DNA from: the human T2T-CHM13v2.0 reference genome, Homo sapiens | Assembly: GCF_009914755.1 (NCBI RefSeq) | Contig: NC_060937.1 | Length of the DNA stretch: 64,000 nt | Reading direction: 5' to 3' (one strand) | In this document: piece by piece, positions 12,051 through 25,499 of the stretch | Position numbering within the stretch: the first letter of the stretch is position 1 | How the letters are laid out: each line of letters opens with the position of its first letter | Translations under genes and position numbers: made by a program | Notes under the pieces: model-generated | What the model was told of the DNA's origin: nothing | The model's database searches: none | Seen by the model: only the letters and a program-made list of their open reading frames with translations

Positions 12051-14078
12051 TATCGGGATATACTTTTGTAATAAATTAGAAATGGACAACCCTCACTCTG
12101 AGGCCTAATCTCCAGGAAAAGCATCTTCTGACCCCCCAACTCTTCTTGCCACCAGCCTAGCCCACTGTGGGTAGCTGCTGTTGTGATACCTTGTCCAAAG
12201 AACCTACTCATGCCTCCATCTTGGGTCCCTAACATGTTACAATACCTAAGTTACCCAACAGCTGAGAGCTAGAGTAGCACCCACGGTTAGCCAGTGCAAA
12301 TAATCTTCCTGACCTCTACTTTATTTTTCCCTTTGAAGGGGGCTGGTGATGAGATACGGAGTTTTGTGAGGACAATGCTTACGGCCCCAGAGATCACAAA
12401 GCTAGGGTCATCTCATGGAGGGCACTAACAGGCAGAAACTCAAAATCTAAGTCTCATCTATGTGCAGTCAAAATGTCACCAAAGCCCTGGAGCTGCTTGT
12501 CTAGCCACAGCATCCCCTTCTCAGCCCCTCACCCCAATCTGCGTGTGTTTTCATCCCCCGTCAAAGCAGACCTGAAAATGGGCTATGCGGGCAGGTCACC
12601 TGTAGTTGGGGGAGAGAAAGGAGAGAGGAATTAAAACATGTAGTAGTTCCTCTGTGATCAATATCTGCCTAGAGATGGTGTTGCTAATAATACCCTGAGC
12701 AGAAGCATTACTGAAATCCTTACCTCTGATTCCCAAATGGCTTGGGAGTTCAGCCAGATCAAGCTTCTGCTGCTTGTGTTTCCAAATTTTAAAATACTGT
12801 GAGGTTTGGGGCTGGCTTCAATGCAGTGTTTCTTTTCCTGGGTGGTCAACTCAACTTATTTTATGTGTTTAACCCTAACCCCTTCTCCACAAACAGCAAA
12901 CCAACTAACAGCTAAAGAAGGAGAGATGAGATGGCACCAGGGTGAAGGTTTCTCTGTGACCATGTTGATGGGGTTGACAAGTGACCTGAGGCTACCTGTA
13001 CTTCCACAGAGTTGAGCCAGTCAGTGCTCCCAGGCTGGCATCATGTGACCACCATGAAGAACAAAGGCTCCAGGGAATTGTTTAGGGCTGCAGCATGTGA
13101 AAAGACGAGGCCAGGCAGATGCCCTCCCATATATGGGAAAGAAGACATGAAGAAGGATGAGGATGGTGTGCTTATTTCTCTCTGTCAGTAAAAACTTTAA
13201 ATTGATTTTGATTTTCTGAAACTAAATTTGGTGCCAGATTGTGAATATACAGTAAATGCTTTACTGTGTTTCAAGCGCAAAGTAGATTTACAGCAGCCGA
13301 GATAGTTTGTTAAATTCCTGACAACTCACCAAACCAGAGTGCACAGCTGCAGTCACAGTTTCTGACATGGGGGGCAAAGATCCCCTGAAACCTTTTCATC
13401 TTACCAAAGGAGGACTCCCAGGAGATTTCAAAACATATGAGAGGAGAAAGCAATGAAATTACATCCTTGAAACATCACAAATAGGGGTCCCATCTGATCC
13501 TACATTCTGCTCTCACTGTGACCTGATTCCTGGGGATGAAACTGGGTAATGACCAGTAAGTCAGACATTGCTGGCCTCTGATGCTCTTTGAAATGGTTTC
13601 TCCTAAAGGCACGGAAGAAATTCAAGAATGGGTCTAAAGTGCAGTGCCTAGAAATTGTTTTAAAAAAAAGTATTGATCTTATTTTCATTGCAACATAAGA
13701 ACTGAGTTTAAACCACTCATATGATTTAATCTATTTCTCTGACAAAGTAAAAACACTGAAAAATAGCTCAATTTCTCCATCTTTTTTAGGTGGAGAATGA
13801 AGTTACCATGGTTCTAATGAGGGTATTCTTTATTGTCATTTGAAGTAAAAATGCATTTTTCATGAGGCTGTATTAATTTGACCATAAATATCTTCTTATT
13901 TCCATGCTGAAAATGTATTTTATAAATTCTGACTTTTAGATTCAACTCTCAATAAACTTTATAAAGTTTGTTTTCTTTTGGTCATTGTAATTCGAGTACA
14001 TTGATCTAAATGAATATTTGCTTCCTCAAAAAAACCACGTTCTTTTATACATTTCTGCTGAATTAATAGTCTAGAAAA

Positions 14079-14097
14079 TGCCCACTAGATGGCAGTG
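14079..14097 (+). promoter_or_regulatory. CTCF consensus site
   Basis: TGCCCACTAGATGGCAGTG contains a perfect CCASYAGRKGGCRS core in non-repeat DNA. Confidence 0.7.
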
Positions 14098-16949
14098 TCA
14101 CTGCATAGTTAAAGACTATCTGGGCAAGTGATAAAGAATAGCAGGCTACTTTATGTGGTAGCTATCCTGGAAAATCCAGAAGGTGGCAGATTTTAGCTAT
14201 TTATGAAAAGTCAAGTACAGAGGCGAAGAATCTCCTTTTTTTTTTTTAATTATTTTTATTTATCTTTCCAGAAGGAGATTATGAGCTGAATAAAATTATC
14301 TGTGATATTTAAAATATTTGAAAATGTTTCACATTTTTCGAGCATGTAATACAAGCTGAAGGGCTAGCAAAGCTAACAGTGACACAAAATCAAGGTGAAA
14401 TTGACCAATAAATTGAGAACTCCATTACAGGAACAATTTCCCCGAGTTCGAGTCACAGCATTTGAGTGATAACCTAAACCTGTCTCAACTTTGTGAAACA
14501 TTCAAAGTGAAGACAGAAGGAAAGGATGAGGAACACTGGAGGAGGCGGAGGGGTGCAGTGTGGGCACTGATGTTTATATATTTTCACCAAGTTTTCTAGT
14601 TTCTCAGAGGACTTTCAGCAGACCTGTGCTTCAGTGTTCAGTTTTTTTACAAGGTTACTGATTACTTAAGGGACCTGGATTTTAAAAATGAAAAATGACA
14701 GCTTGAATACAATAGTCCAATTTAGAGGGATCATGCATCCTCACAGCTTTGCTGGCTATTGGAGACATTTGCAATGAATACAAATCCGCATCCATTTTGT
14801 GGAAGACACTACTGCAGTTTCAGTTCCTCACTTCAAACCTTGGGTTTGTGTGGGTAAGTGTGTGCTAGCTTGTTCTAAGGGAATACCTGTTTCTTAGTTG
14901 ATTTTGGCCCCAAGCAGTATGAATGGGCTTGCCTTCCCACCTCCTGCAGGAAATACACATTGGTGTGAGGGTGCTGGGGGTGGAAGGACTGCAGGACAGC
15001 AGGATGGTGGCTTGGAAGTCATTCTTCAGAGTGACAGCTCTACATGGCTCTTGGCACTGCAATATTTCAGGGAACTGGTGCTCAGACCAGGATCATTTAT
15101 CTCATTTAAATATTCCAAAGAGAGTGGCCTACATACTGAAGTTAGATTCATTTTCATCTTTATGCTCTAAAATGGCCTGGCAGCCTCTCTCAAAAGGAGT
15201 GGGGTGGGGGAGAAGGAAAGGAAGGAAGAAAGAAAGAAACGATGGTAAGGAAATGCAGCAAGTGAGTGATATACAAGGTGAGCACAGAATTCAATATCCA
15301 GGACGAGGACATATATGTCTTGGACCCCAGATATATAGCTCAGAACTGATGGAGAAATGGGCAGGAAGAGAGATAATCTTTATCTCTGTTCCCAAGCCTT
15401 CAGAAATAGCTAAGGCTAAATCACCCTCAGAAGAAAGCAGGAAATGAAGACTGCTCCAAGTCACCCATGAGATTTCAGAGTGCAGGCCACCGGCTGAGTA
15501 CATTTTTCCTTCTTTTTCTTTTTTAAAAATTTGAGTCACACACTGAGTTCAGGGTCAGTCAGTATATGGAAACCTCAGTCAGTGTTTAAGTCTAGGCTAA
15601 GCTTCTGATTTCTGTTTTATTTAGGAAACATTGCTAGATTTTATTTGGATTTAGAATCTGAAATCTATGCAAAAAGCAAAAAGGAGAGGAGATTGTGGCA
15701 TTTTCCACAGCTTCATTTGTTCCTGGGAAAACCATGTATCTATTTCCTTTTCTAACATTTCACATGCCCACTCACATATTTGAAAGTCTATGTGCCTACC
15801 AAACCACATAGACTTTTGGGTTACTTGTACTTTTTTTTTTTTGTTATTTAAAGCTAATCATTACTGCAGCAGGATTTTAATAGTTTGGAGTAATAATTGT
15901 TAGGATGATGAGAACAAACCCTGGTGCTTGAAAGAAAGTGGCCCATTCTACAATATAAGATATTTTATATTATGTTACTGCATATCCTTCCTTTATGGTA
16001 TTTGGACTTGCTTTCCCACAAAGAGGATCTGTGATCAAAGAAGTGAAAAAAAGGCTCAGAAAATGCTTTGGTAGTCACTAACTTGTGAAGCATGAAGTCC
16101 ATTATCTGCACTGGGCCTATAAGCCCCATCATACAACCAAGCCATTGAAATTGATGTTCTTTGAGTTTTCTTGAATTGTCTGGAAGATATTTCAGTCCTC
16201 CAATCAGCTAGCTTAGTTAGCCTATAACATTCACTAGCAAAGTGCTACCTTTAGGGAATCATATTGGTGTGGTTTAGTTATCCTTGCAAATGCTTCCATT
16301 TCAGACTTTGCAATTATAAGCAGACAGGAAAACTCCAGTGAATTACTTTCAGAGTTGTGAACCTACAAAGAATCAACTTTTCTAACCGCATTCATTCCTG
16401 GAGGACTCAGAACTTTCCCAGTGGCACTGTAGAACTTCATCTCATTAGCATGGTTCAGACCCAGGGATTTAATATTTGCCTAGCACAAAGGAAGAGAACA
16501 GGATGGCTTGCTCTAGTTACCTTCGTCATTGCTGGGACCCAGGAAAAACAGGCATCTCTGGTTTCTGCAGGAATTTGCTTTATTTGGTTCTGTTTACTTC
16601 TTCTAGGTAGTGGTGAGATAGGATTGAAATGGGTAAATCAACAGGTAGAGGCCAAGGAGTTTCCTTCTATTCCACTTCTGAATGATACTGGCAAGGATTC
16701 TTCCATCTCTTTTCTCTTCATTTTCCTTGTTAATCAAAGGGGCACAGTAATACTTGCTGTCTCAACAGAGGCAGCTTGTGGTTCAAGTAAATCTGTGAGA
16801 ATAAGTTGACAAGAACTATTTGGTATGCCCAATGTAAGGGAGCACTAATTACTTACATTTAAACATTTAAACATGTTTACTTACTTATAAACATAAGTTT
16901 ATAATTAACCATGAGGAAGGAGGAAGGGGGCATTGATATCATTAGTGCA

Positions 16950-17335
16950 ATTCACTGCATATTTCTGGTTCTTTTTCCTTCCTGCCCCCTTTTGCTGCTC
17001 TCTTGACATTAGATGATTTGCTTTGGCCAGAGAATGTGAGTGAAAGGAATTATGTGTCACTTTCAGGCAGAAGCTCTAAGAATCTGGTCTGAATGGTTGT
17101 ATTCTGTTCTCCCCACCTAGGTCACTCTGGAAGATTTTTAGAGATGGAGCTATTGTCAGCCTGAGTCCCTGAAGTGATCTTAATGGGCAAAGCCACCTTT
17201 CCAACTCATATTGTATATGTAACTTCATGTTGGGCATTTAGTAGAAGTAAGAAGTGAACTTTTGTTGTGCCAAGCTGTTGAGATTTTGGGATTATTTGTT
17301 ATTACTGCAAAACCTAGACTCTTCTGATTGATACA
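16950..17335 (+). mobile_element. Old MLT1 (I/J/K-type) LTR
   Basis: ttgctttggccagagaatgtgag...tgtcactttcaggcagaagctctaaga...gagattttgggattatttgttattactgca...tgattgataca. Confidence 0.7.
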
Positions 17336-18344
17336 CAGGAATTGCTTTCTGATTTATTTTCTGTAGACTCTCAAGGCAATGCCATACTTCTGTTTTATAG
17401 GCCCTATATCACACAGTCTTTATGATTTCTTCAGACCTATTTCTCTGCCTTTGAATAAGAAAATTCTCTTAGTTCTGACAAGAAGAACCTTTATTGGTCC
17501 TTGGCATATATGGTCTATCTGCCTGCCACAACATTCTCAACTTCCCTCTTTTCCTGCTGTCTTTTACCTATCATTTAGATGCTGGCTGAAACATCACTTT
17601 TACTGGGGCATCTTCCTGGACTTTTTGGATTGTCTCTTCTTTACGCTCCCAAGCAGCTTTTGCCACTTTTATAGAGTATTTAAACACTGCATTGTAATTG
17701 CTTTTTCTGGTGTGTCTTTATGTATGACGTTTTCCTGTATCTTTACCATTTGACCCTAGTGTATAGCTAATAATAAACACTATATTTAAAATATAACATG
17801 AGCATTAGAAGAGGGTACTTAGTGAAGTGAATGGAATCTGGAATTTTTAAACCTACGTTGTTCCCTGTTTGCCACTGGGTTTCTTTTCTCTAAATTGACC
17901 ATAATGAGAGAGTATTGGTGGGAGAAGGTCAGCACCCAAGATATACATTGTTGATTTACAGCCTGAGGGGGGCTGAGGCACACCTTTGACTTTCCACCTG
18001 CAGCTCTCTGCTATGGGGCCCCACAAGCTCCTCAAAAGCTGTCGTGCTTTCCTCTGCTTTCCCTGGTGCACCACTCGCTAGGTTACTGCTTCTTCCACTG
18101 CCTCCGGATCTCTGATTCTCTGTTCACCAGGGCCTCCCCTCTGTTGATTGTGTTGTTGTTACTGAAGGAGGCCACAGGAAGATGAAAGTGGATAAAAAGA
18201 GGACCTAGGGCAGAAAAAACTCAACCCTGTCCCAGAAATGATCCAGAAAGTTTAGGCCTTGAGCAAAGCTTTAGAGGTGGGAAATATCTGCAGATAGTAC
18301 TCTTCCTTCTCCGGACCTGTCCCGTCTGCCAACCAAGGTGCAAG

Positions 18345-18365
18345 GTAGCTGTCCATGGTCCTGGA
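18345..18365 (-). promoter_or_regulatory. REST/RE1 motif
   Basis: Minus strand TCCAGGACCATGGACAGCTAC; intact ACC-NN-GGACAG core. Confidence 0.55.
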
Positions 18366-18379
18366 CCTGTAAGACCGTA

Positions 18380-18495
18380 TTTTTTTTTTTTTTTTTTTTT
18401 TAAACCACTTCATTGAAGGATGATGGGCAAGTAAAAAGCTGTACATATATAATGTATACAACTCGATGAATTTGGGGATAAGTATACATCTGTTT
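18380..18495 (-). mobile_element. L1MA/L1MB 3' terminal fragment with T tract
   Basis: Long T run then aaaaagctgtacatatataatgtatacaactcgatgaatttggggataagtatac. Confidence 0.7.
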
Positions 18496-18609
18496 AACCC
18501 TATCCCTTATTCTTAATCTCCTCTTTGAGTTAACAAAGATTACTTTCTTACCCTTATTTGTAATGTTAATATGTAATATTCATAATAATAATATTGACAT
18601 CATAATCAA

Positions 18610-18845
18610 AAACAAAAGAGTTAACATTCATAGGTTGCTTAGCAAATTCCATGAACTTAGTTAAGAATTTTATAAATGCGATTTCAGCTACCACTTGCAA
18701 CAGCATTAACATGCGGTTAGTACTATTGCAATTTGCATGTGAGAAATTAGAGCTCAGTGTAGTGAAGCAACCTGCCACTGTCACACAGCTGGTAAATGAC
18801 AGAGATGAGACTTCAATCAAGGTCTTTTGATTCCCACCCTAGGCT
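18610..18845 (-). mobile_element. MIR
   Basis: taacattcataggttgctta...gagaaattagagctcag...gtcacacagctggtaaatgacagag. Confidence 0.7.
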
Positions 18846-21449
18846 TTTTCCTCTTATGTTCTATCCCTAGGAAACTGAAACACCTTCATAACATAAAAGC
18901 AGTAATTATATAATTTCAGGATCAAATTAAATGAAGGGAAGTGATGTTTTGGTTGGGAGCTCTTGCTTGGCCTCCTTCACATCACATTGAATGAAGGGTC
19001 ACCTGTTTTGCTTACTCTTAAACCCCATCTCAGGCAAAAGAAAAAGTCAGGGGTAGCCTTCCAGATTTAAAGAAAGATGGCCTATCTTTTTCTTTTGCCA
19101 CACTTTTGGGAAAAGAAATTTTCCAGGAGATATGATTTTGGCTGGCACACAAGCAGCAAAGGGACTTTTAAAAAGAAGCATTATGGTTCTCTGGCATTTT
19201 CATTCTGGGGTGCTGAGATATAATGAAACAAGGAAAGCATTGAGAGCCAAGGTCATTATGAATATAATTCAGATTTTAAATTGCTATTTGCAGAAAAATA
19301 TTCCTTAGGCCTGGTTGAACTAGGTTAAATATCTATAGTGATTATATTTACGGGCAATTGCTTGGCCCTGTACTCCTTTTGCCTGTGTGGACATGGTAAA
19401 CTTTTGAGTTAGTAGGTGGTAGGGCCACACATTAAAACGGAATATTGTTATTGCCCTCATTAAGAGAGACCCTGATTCTTTTAAGTCTGCTCTAACAGGA
19501 GCCTTTGGAAAAACAAGAGAAATTTCAGAATATCTGACTAATTTCGATTGAGCAATTAACAAAGTGACATAGTTAACACTACTGCTAGTATCACTTATTA
19601 GCTTGGCTGTGTGGGAGGCAGCCTCCGCCTTGGGAAGGAGGCTATTAGAATTAGGTGCCACTGCATATATCTGGAAGCCAGCCTAAGCAATCAGGTTCCT
19701 GTCTGTGAGGCTTACAGAGGTTGAAAAATCTACTTTTGGTGGTGCGTCGTGCTGCACTGGTTTTTATTCTAGCAGACGATGGAATGGCTAGAGAAATAAT
19801 GTTATTTCCATAGTGCATGTTTCTCTTAGAGGCAAAAGCTGTGCTGCTGCTGGTGCTGCTCCTATCTGTGTGTCCTGGATTAGGCTGGGTAGATGCCCTC
19901 CTGTTCTTTCTACATTACCAGCCTGGGCACAGGGTCCTGAGGCTTGAGGAGACCCTTGTAGGACCTTCACACCTGAGTCCTCTTGGCTGAGCTTCTTGCT
20001 GGGTTTACATGGTGACAATCACTGAAATGAAATCATTAAGAAATTGGCCATTACTTGGATATTTCAAAATATTTCCCAAGTATTTAGATTAGAAGCCTAT
20101 CCAATATTCAACTAGAGTGACTCGGTGAAGCTGACCTGGTTCCAGGGTCACTTTGAATAGCTCTAATTAGTAATGGGCTATTTGGTGTACAACAGGCTTC
20201 CTAAAGAGAGGAAAATAGCCATTTCCTTTATTTGTTTTGGTGGCAGTGAGGGGAAAAGGCAGCTCAAGTAGGGTAGGGGCACCAAATCCTGTCCCCAGAT
20301 GGAAACTGTTGTAAATTGGACAAGCTCTGAAGCCAAGTGTTTGGGGCAGTTTGGATAGCAACTCACAGCCTGAGGGTTGGGAGTGAGCTGGCCCTAGGAG
20401 GGAACCTTTCATTTAGGCTGGGAATGGGGGATTAGCAGGGCCACCTAAAAAGAGCTGCTGGCTTATCCAAGGACAGTGTCTGTTGTTATGCAACAACTAG
20501 TGGGTCTGGGTTAGCTCAATCCTAGAGGCAGAGCCCTGAGGTGCAAAGGCTGGACACATATTAGCCAAGTGGGAGATGGGGGCTGGAGGGTCTGTTCACA
20601 CATGGCAAGGTTCCAGCTACCCTGAGCACCAGAAAAAAGCTCCAGCTTCTGGCAAAGAAGGCTGGTGGAGCAAGGTGGGCCACTGGGACCCCTATCATAC
20701 CAGGATATCGAGCAGGTGTCTCCAGACCTAGCCTGGGAAGCTGGTGTGGACTAGACTTGACAGAGGAAATTACTGAGGAAGATCTGTCTTATCAACAGGG
20801 TCAATGTGGGAGGGGCTTACAGGACTATAAAATGGAAATATCTGGATGCCCAGGGCTCATCATAGACTCTGCACATCCTGAGACTGTTGGATTTCAAAGA
20901 CACTTGTTGGGAGGGCAATATGGGAACCTAACAATGATAAAGACTCTTCAGATCTCAGGTCTGGAACCTATGCTTTGATTGGAGGCCACTAAGAGCTGAT
21001 GGAGTGGAGGCCACTGTAATGCCTCTCAGCCTGGCCAGTGCAGGCACAGCAGCATGGGGAGCCAGGCCAGGGGTGGACCTTTCCTAAAACTCAAGCTTCT
21101 GTGAGCTGGGGAGACAAAGATGGGCACAGAGGAGAACTGTTGTCCAGTTGCTAGTAATAGTCCTTTCATGTCCCATAAAGCCTGCCCCTTCCACTCCCCA
21201 GGGCTTGGCTATCCATCAAGGTACCAAGCAAACAGCTGCCAGATGAAGATGCCAGAAGGAACATCTGAATCCTTTATATTTCTGATGTCTTTGGATGATG
21301 TGTGATAGCTTAGGCATTCAGATTTCTTAAATATAAAGAATTTATACAGAGGCTACTGGCCACATGCTCCAATTCCAGATGTAAACTTTGTAACTCTGAA
21401 TACATCCTACTTGCAAGTCTCTATGTAATGTAGTATCCGGAGTTTGATA

Positions 21450-21620
21450 GAATTGGTTTGAATTTGAGCTCTGTCACTCATTAGCTAATGACATTGGTCC
21501 AAAGAGTTTCTTTGAATGTGAGATTTCTTATCAATACAATGGTCATAAGATTGTCCTTTTCAGGCATATAGGAGATAATGTATGCAAAATGCCTGGCACA
21601 GAGTTACTGTTTAATAAATG
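21450..21620 (+). mobile_element. MIR
   Basis: tttgaatttgagctctgtcactcattagct...tgcctggcacagagt...aataaatg. Confidence 0.6.
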
Positions 21621-21717
21621 GAAATGGCATATACATGCATACATGCATGGCCCAAAGCCTTGTCATGGAGCACTGCACTAAACCTGTAGTAAATTGGGGA
21701 TATCAGAAACAGTGGTC

Positions 21718-22029
21718 ACTAGGCATGGTGGTGTGTGCTTGTAGTCCCAGCTACTTGGGAGGCTGAGACAGGAGGGTTGCTTGAGTCCAGGAGTTCTGGA
21801 TTGTGGTGTGCTATGCTGATTGGGTGTCTGCACTAAGTTTGGCAACAATATGTTGATCTCCCATGAGCTGGGGACCACCAGGTTCCCCGAGGAGGGGTGA
21901 ACTGGCCCAGGTGGGAAATGGAGCAGGTCAAAAGTGTGCTGATTAGTAGTGAGGTTGCACCTGTGAATCGGCACTGCATTCCAGTTTGGGCAACACAGCG
22001 AGACCCTATCTCTAAAAAAATTTAAAAAA
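21718..22029 (+). pseudogene. Full-length 7SL (SRP) RNA retropseudogene, RN7SL-type
   Basis: Alu-domain 5' end, complete S domain (gcactaagtttggca..caatatg..gggaccaccaggtt..gaggggtgaactggcccagg..ggagcaggtcaaaa), 3' end gcgagaccctatctct and A-rich tail; CpGs decayed. Confidence 0.95.
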
Positions 22030-25000
22030 GAAATGGTCAAATAAAATAATTTTATTAATATTGGTCTTTTGATACTGACAAAAATCATATGGACCCTCTC
22101 TGTTGTAGATGTCATTTTTTTTTGAATATATTACATATTGCAGGCACTAGTGATTCCCATCCCTCAACTTGTCCCCTCACCCCCAGTTGGGATCACTGGT
22201 TTAAGGAGAACTATAAAGGACAGAGTGTTTACATCTGAATGGCAGTGATAGAATGAAAGGTTGAGAATCACTGATATGGCTTGCACTCTCTGGAAACACC
22301 AGGACATACTATAGCCCCACTTACTTTTCTTTTAAGGGAAACATTCAGTAAATTGCATTTTGCTCAAGTTTATGCCAACACAAAAGCCAGAAGGAGTCTA
22401 TTCAAAAGAAAAAATGAAACATCTCCTTGGTCCAATAGTAAAAAGACTGCCAAATATCCTCTTTTATCTGGCTCAGAAAACCTTGCAGAGGTTAATTTCT
22501 AACACTTGTGGCTCTTATGACAGCAGAATGATAATTGCAAGCTAGGCTACTCCTCTATGGATAGCAGCTGCTTCTGGTCACCACACCCTCCTACGCTGAA
22601 GAGGGCCTCTCGTTTTGGAGGGTGCAGGAAGAAAATGATGGATGAGATGGTAAGTTTTTCACACTAAGAAAATAAATAGGTATATGAGGTCTCAGGAAAC
22701 CTGGGAGGGGAGAAAGGAGATGGGGGAGGGGGGAATTCAGCTGGCCTAGGAGATGAGTGGTTCTGTCTGAATCCGCTATCTTGGTCCTGGGTTTCTCTGC
22801 AGCAGAACTGGTCTATGCCTAAGAGGCACTCAGTTGGAACAAAAAGAAATAGAACTTGACACGTAACTGTTAGTCAAATTGTGTCTTCTGAGTAACAATG
22901 CCCATAGGTATGAAGAGCGAAGGGGTCTGATATCAGTCTACCTTGAGTAAGGCACTGTGTGCATTATGTCCAGCAGAGCACCAATGAAACACCTCTTACT
23001 GGTGATCATTTTTTGCTGGCCTTATAAAGGACTTGAAGTTCAATACAATTCTATAGGAAACTGAGGATTTCTTCACTGAATTGGCATTAATTACTTTTTA
23101 AATGTAAATTTTCAGCTGCAAGCCTTTTTTAATATTAAAAAAATCCTCCAAGTACATGAGGGTAAATCAAAGACTAATTGGTGACCAGATTATAGGGTTT
23201 AAAGCTCTTTTTTTTGCCATAAGTGAGTAAAATAATTAGCAAATGTGAATACATGCTTTTTCTTTAATTAATAACGAATCACATGCTAATATCCCATTTT
23301 TAGCAAAATACAAATTTCAATTTTAGACTTAGGGCTGCAATTCCATTATGAGGCATTTTGTATTCAGCCAGTGCTTGGTGTTCATCTGCTGGTGTCTCCT
23401 CATGCCCAGACTGAGGCTTGTCTTATTCTCAGAATGGCTGTCGTCAGAGGACAAGGTGGAAATGGACAACTATATTGGGTTCTGTGGATGGGATTAAGCA
23501 AAATTCTTTACAAATGCGTTACTGGGGCTTCCATTTTAGGAGTAAGCATGGAGAATGGCAGAAAGCGAGGGGGGTTGATGAGTAGTCCATAGAAGATGGG
23601 AGGCAGAACCTGGTCTGAGAATCCTTTGGGATGCTATTTTCCCTGCTTGATGACGGTTTCAGCCCACTTCCTATCAGCCAGAGCTATTTATATTCAGAGG
23701 CACAGATTCCACAGCTGTAAGGAAAGTGCCTTCGAGTGCCTCTGAAATCAGTTTCTTCTCCCCTTTTTTTTTAGGGAAAATTTGCAAAGTTGTTTTTGAA
23801 TATAATCATGAAGAAAAGGCAGAGTTGGCTGGGGACAACAGAGTTGTCTTTGCAGGAGAGGTTCCACTGTGCTCCCTATGTAGCTTCCTCTTCTCTCTTT
23901 TTGGTAACATTACTTCCTCTCATTCCCAGGCACCACATCTCATTTCTAATAAAACAGTGATTTGGGCCTTTTCTTGACCTTGCAGGAAAGGTGTTTTTCT
24001 CTTGGCTAACTCTACAAAGATTCTACAAGTCTTCAGATGAGGGTCATTCTGTAAGCAAAGCTATTAACTTTGGCTGGTAGAGGGAGAGAGATCTGAGGTG
24101 CAAAACCAGGAGGCACTGGCCATGTGAGGGGGGTGGTGTTAGGAAGGGCACTGGGACATGATGCAAAACCACTCATCAGGTATGAAGAGAAATGGAATCT
24201 CAGCCAGGTTCTGCCCCGAGGGGCCCAGCAACATGGGCAGGTGGGTTTACCTTTCTCTCCTCTCTTCTCATCTGTTCCTGATGACGTCTGGGGTTCCTCT
24301 CAGCGATGAAATTTTGTGATTGCTGCAAGGCTTATTTTCCTCCTTCCTGTGCAATGATAACAGCTCTGGGGTTGGAAAGTGATCTAACAGTGTTGCGACA
24401 TGAATGAAAATGTGTCTTTCCAAGAGTTTTGCTGAGAAAAGCCCGGTTTCCCGCAGAGAAAAACACCCACCCCCTGCCACCTCCCTGCCGCTCCAATGCA
24501 AAGAGGGGTGGTGTGGGGTGGTGGTAGAAATGAAGAATAATACCACCACTTTGTATTTTTACCTTTCGTGATAAAACTGTAGTTTTAAAAGTTGTAAAAA
24601 TGTACTAGTTTGACAAGTGGCACATTTAAAACCTGATTTAGCAAAAGGTTTTTACCTTTGTAATTTTAAAACTGTCACTTGAACTAAAAATATAGGCTAG
24701 CAAGTTGAACTTTCATATTTAATGTTTTCTTTTTTCCCTTTTTATTTGCAATTCATTTTGTTCAGCTTTGATTAAAGGAGTGGCAGCAATGGGAAGGAGA
24801 ATAGCCAGGACTTGGCTAATTAGTCTTTGGGAAGATGAGAGTGTGACCCTTCACACCAGTTCAGATTTGAAAGTTTTCAACACCAGCCCTTGTTAGTTTT
24901 AGCAGCTTAGCCATATATCTTACCTTTAAATGTGAACACACAATCTCACAAGAACACTTGACTTAAAGAGGGCAAAGAAAACTGGAGGATTGTTTTTCCC

Positions 25001-25080
25001 CCTGACCATAATCTCAAGGTTTTTACATGTTTGTTAAAATAAATATGCTATAGCCCCAGATTAAATGGTAATGATGGCAA

Positions 25081-25156
25081 GTCAGAAAGGATCTGGAACA
25101 AAAACACGATAAACCCGGGTCAGAAAGGATCTGGAACAAAAAAATGATGAACCCGG
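25081..25156. repeat. 38-bp tandem duplication, 2 copies
   Basis: gtcagaaaggatctggaacaaaaacacgataaacccgg / gtcagaaaggatctggaacaaaaaaatgatgaacccgg, 3 mismatches. Confidence 0.9.
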
Positions 25157-25499
25157 GTGTCCTGGATTGAGGAATATTAAAAACGGCTACTCAGGATTCA
25201 CAAAATGTTTACAATGGACTTTCTTTTAGTAGGCAGGAACTGACCCATGACCTTAGGCAAGTCACTGCATTTTTCTGAATTTTAGTGAGCTGACTTATAA
25301 AATAAAGGAGTTGGAATAGATGAAAGCAAATATTCTTGTATGCCCTAAAATCTCTATTTGTGCCTTTTTCTTTCTTTTGCAGAGCTTGTTCATGAAGGTA
25401 TTAATATTTGTTGGATTCAATTGAGTTGACAACTTGTTCAAAGAGGCAGCAGGGCTCGGAAGAGATAAGTCAGCTCGGGGTTCTGGGATTGGTCCTGGG

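Noticed and set aside
12870-12882. TAACCC telomeric units
   Set aside because: Only two units; chance level.
14923-15447. 174 aa ORF
   Set aside because: No recognisable domain, includes a low-complexity purine tract, no supporting exon structure; this length is expected by chance in 64 kb.
16357-16809. 150 aa ORF with hydrophobic stretches
   Set aside because: GTG start, hydrophobicity explained by T-rich DNA, no family resemblance.
21678-22115. 145 aa minus-strand ORF
   Set aside because: Antisense read-through of the 7SL pseudogene.
25081-25156. CRISPR-like 38-bp repeat
   Set aside because: Only two directly adjacent copies, no spacers, no cas genes, eukaryotic context.
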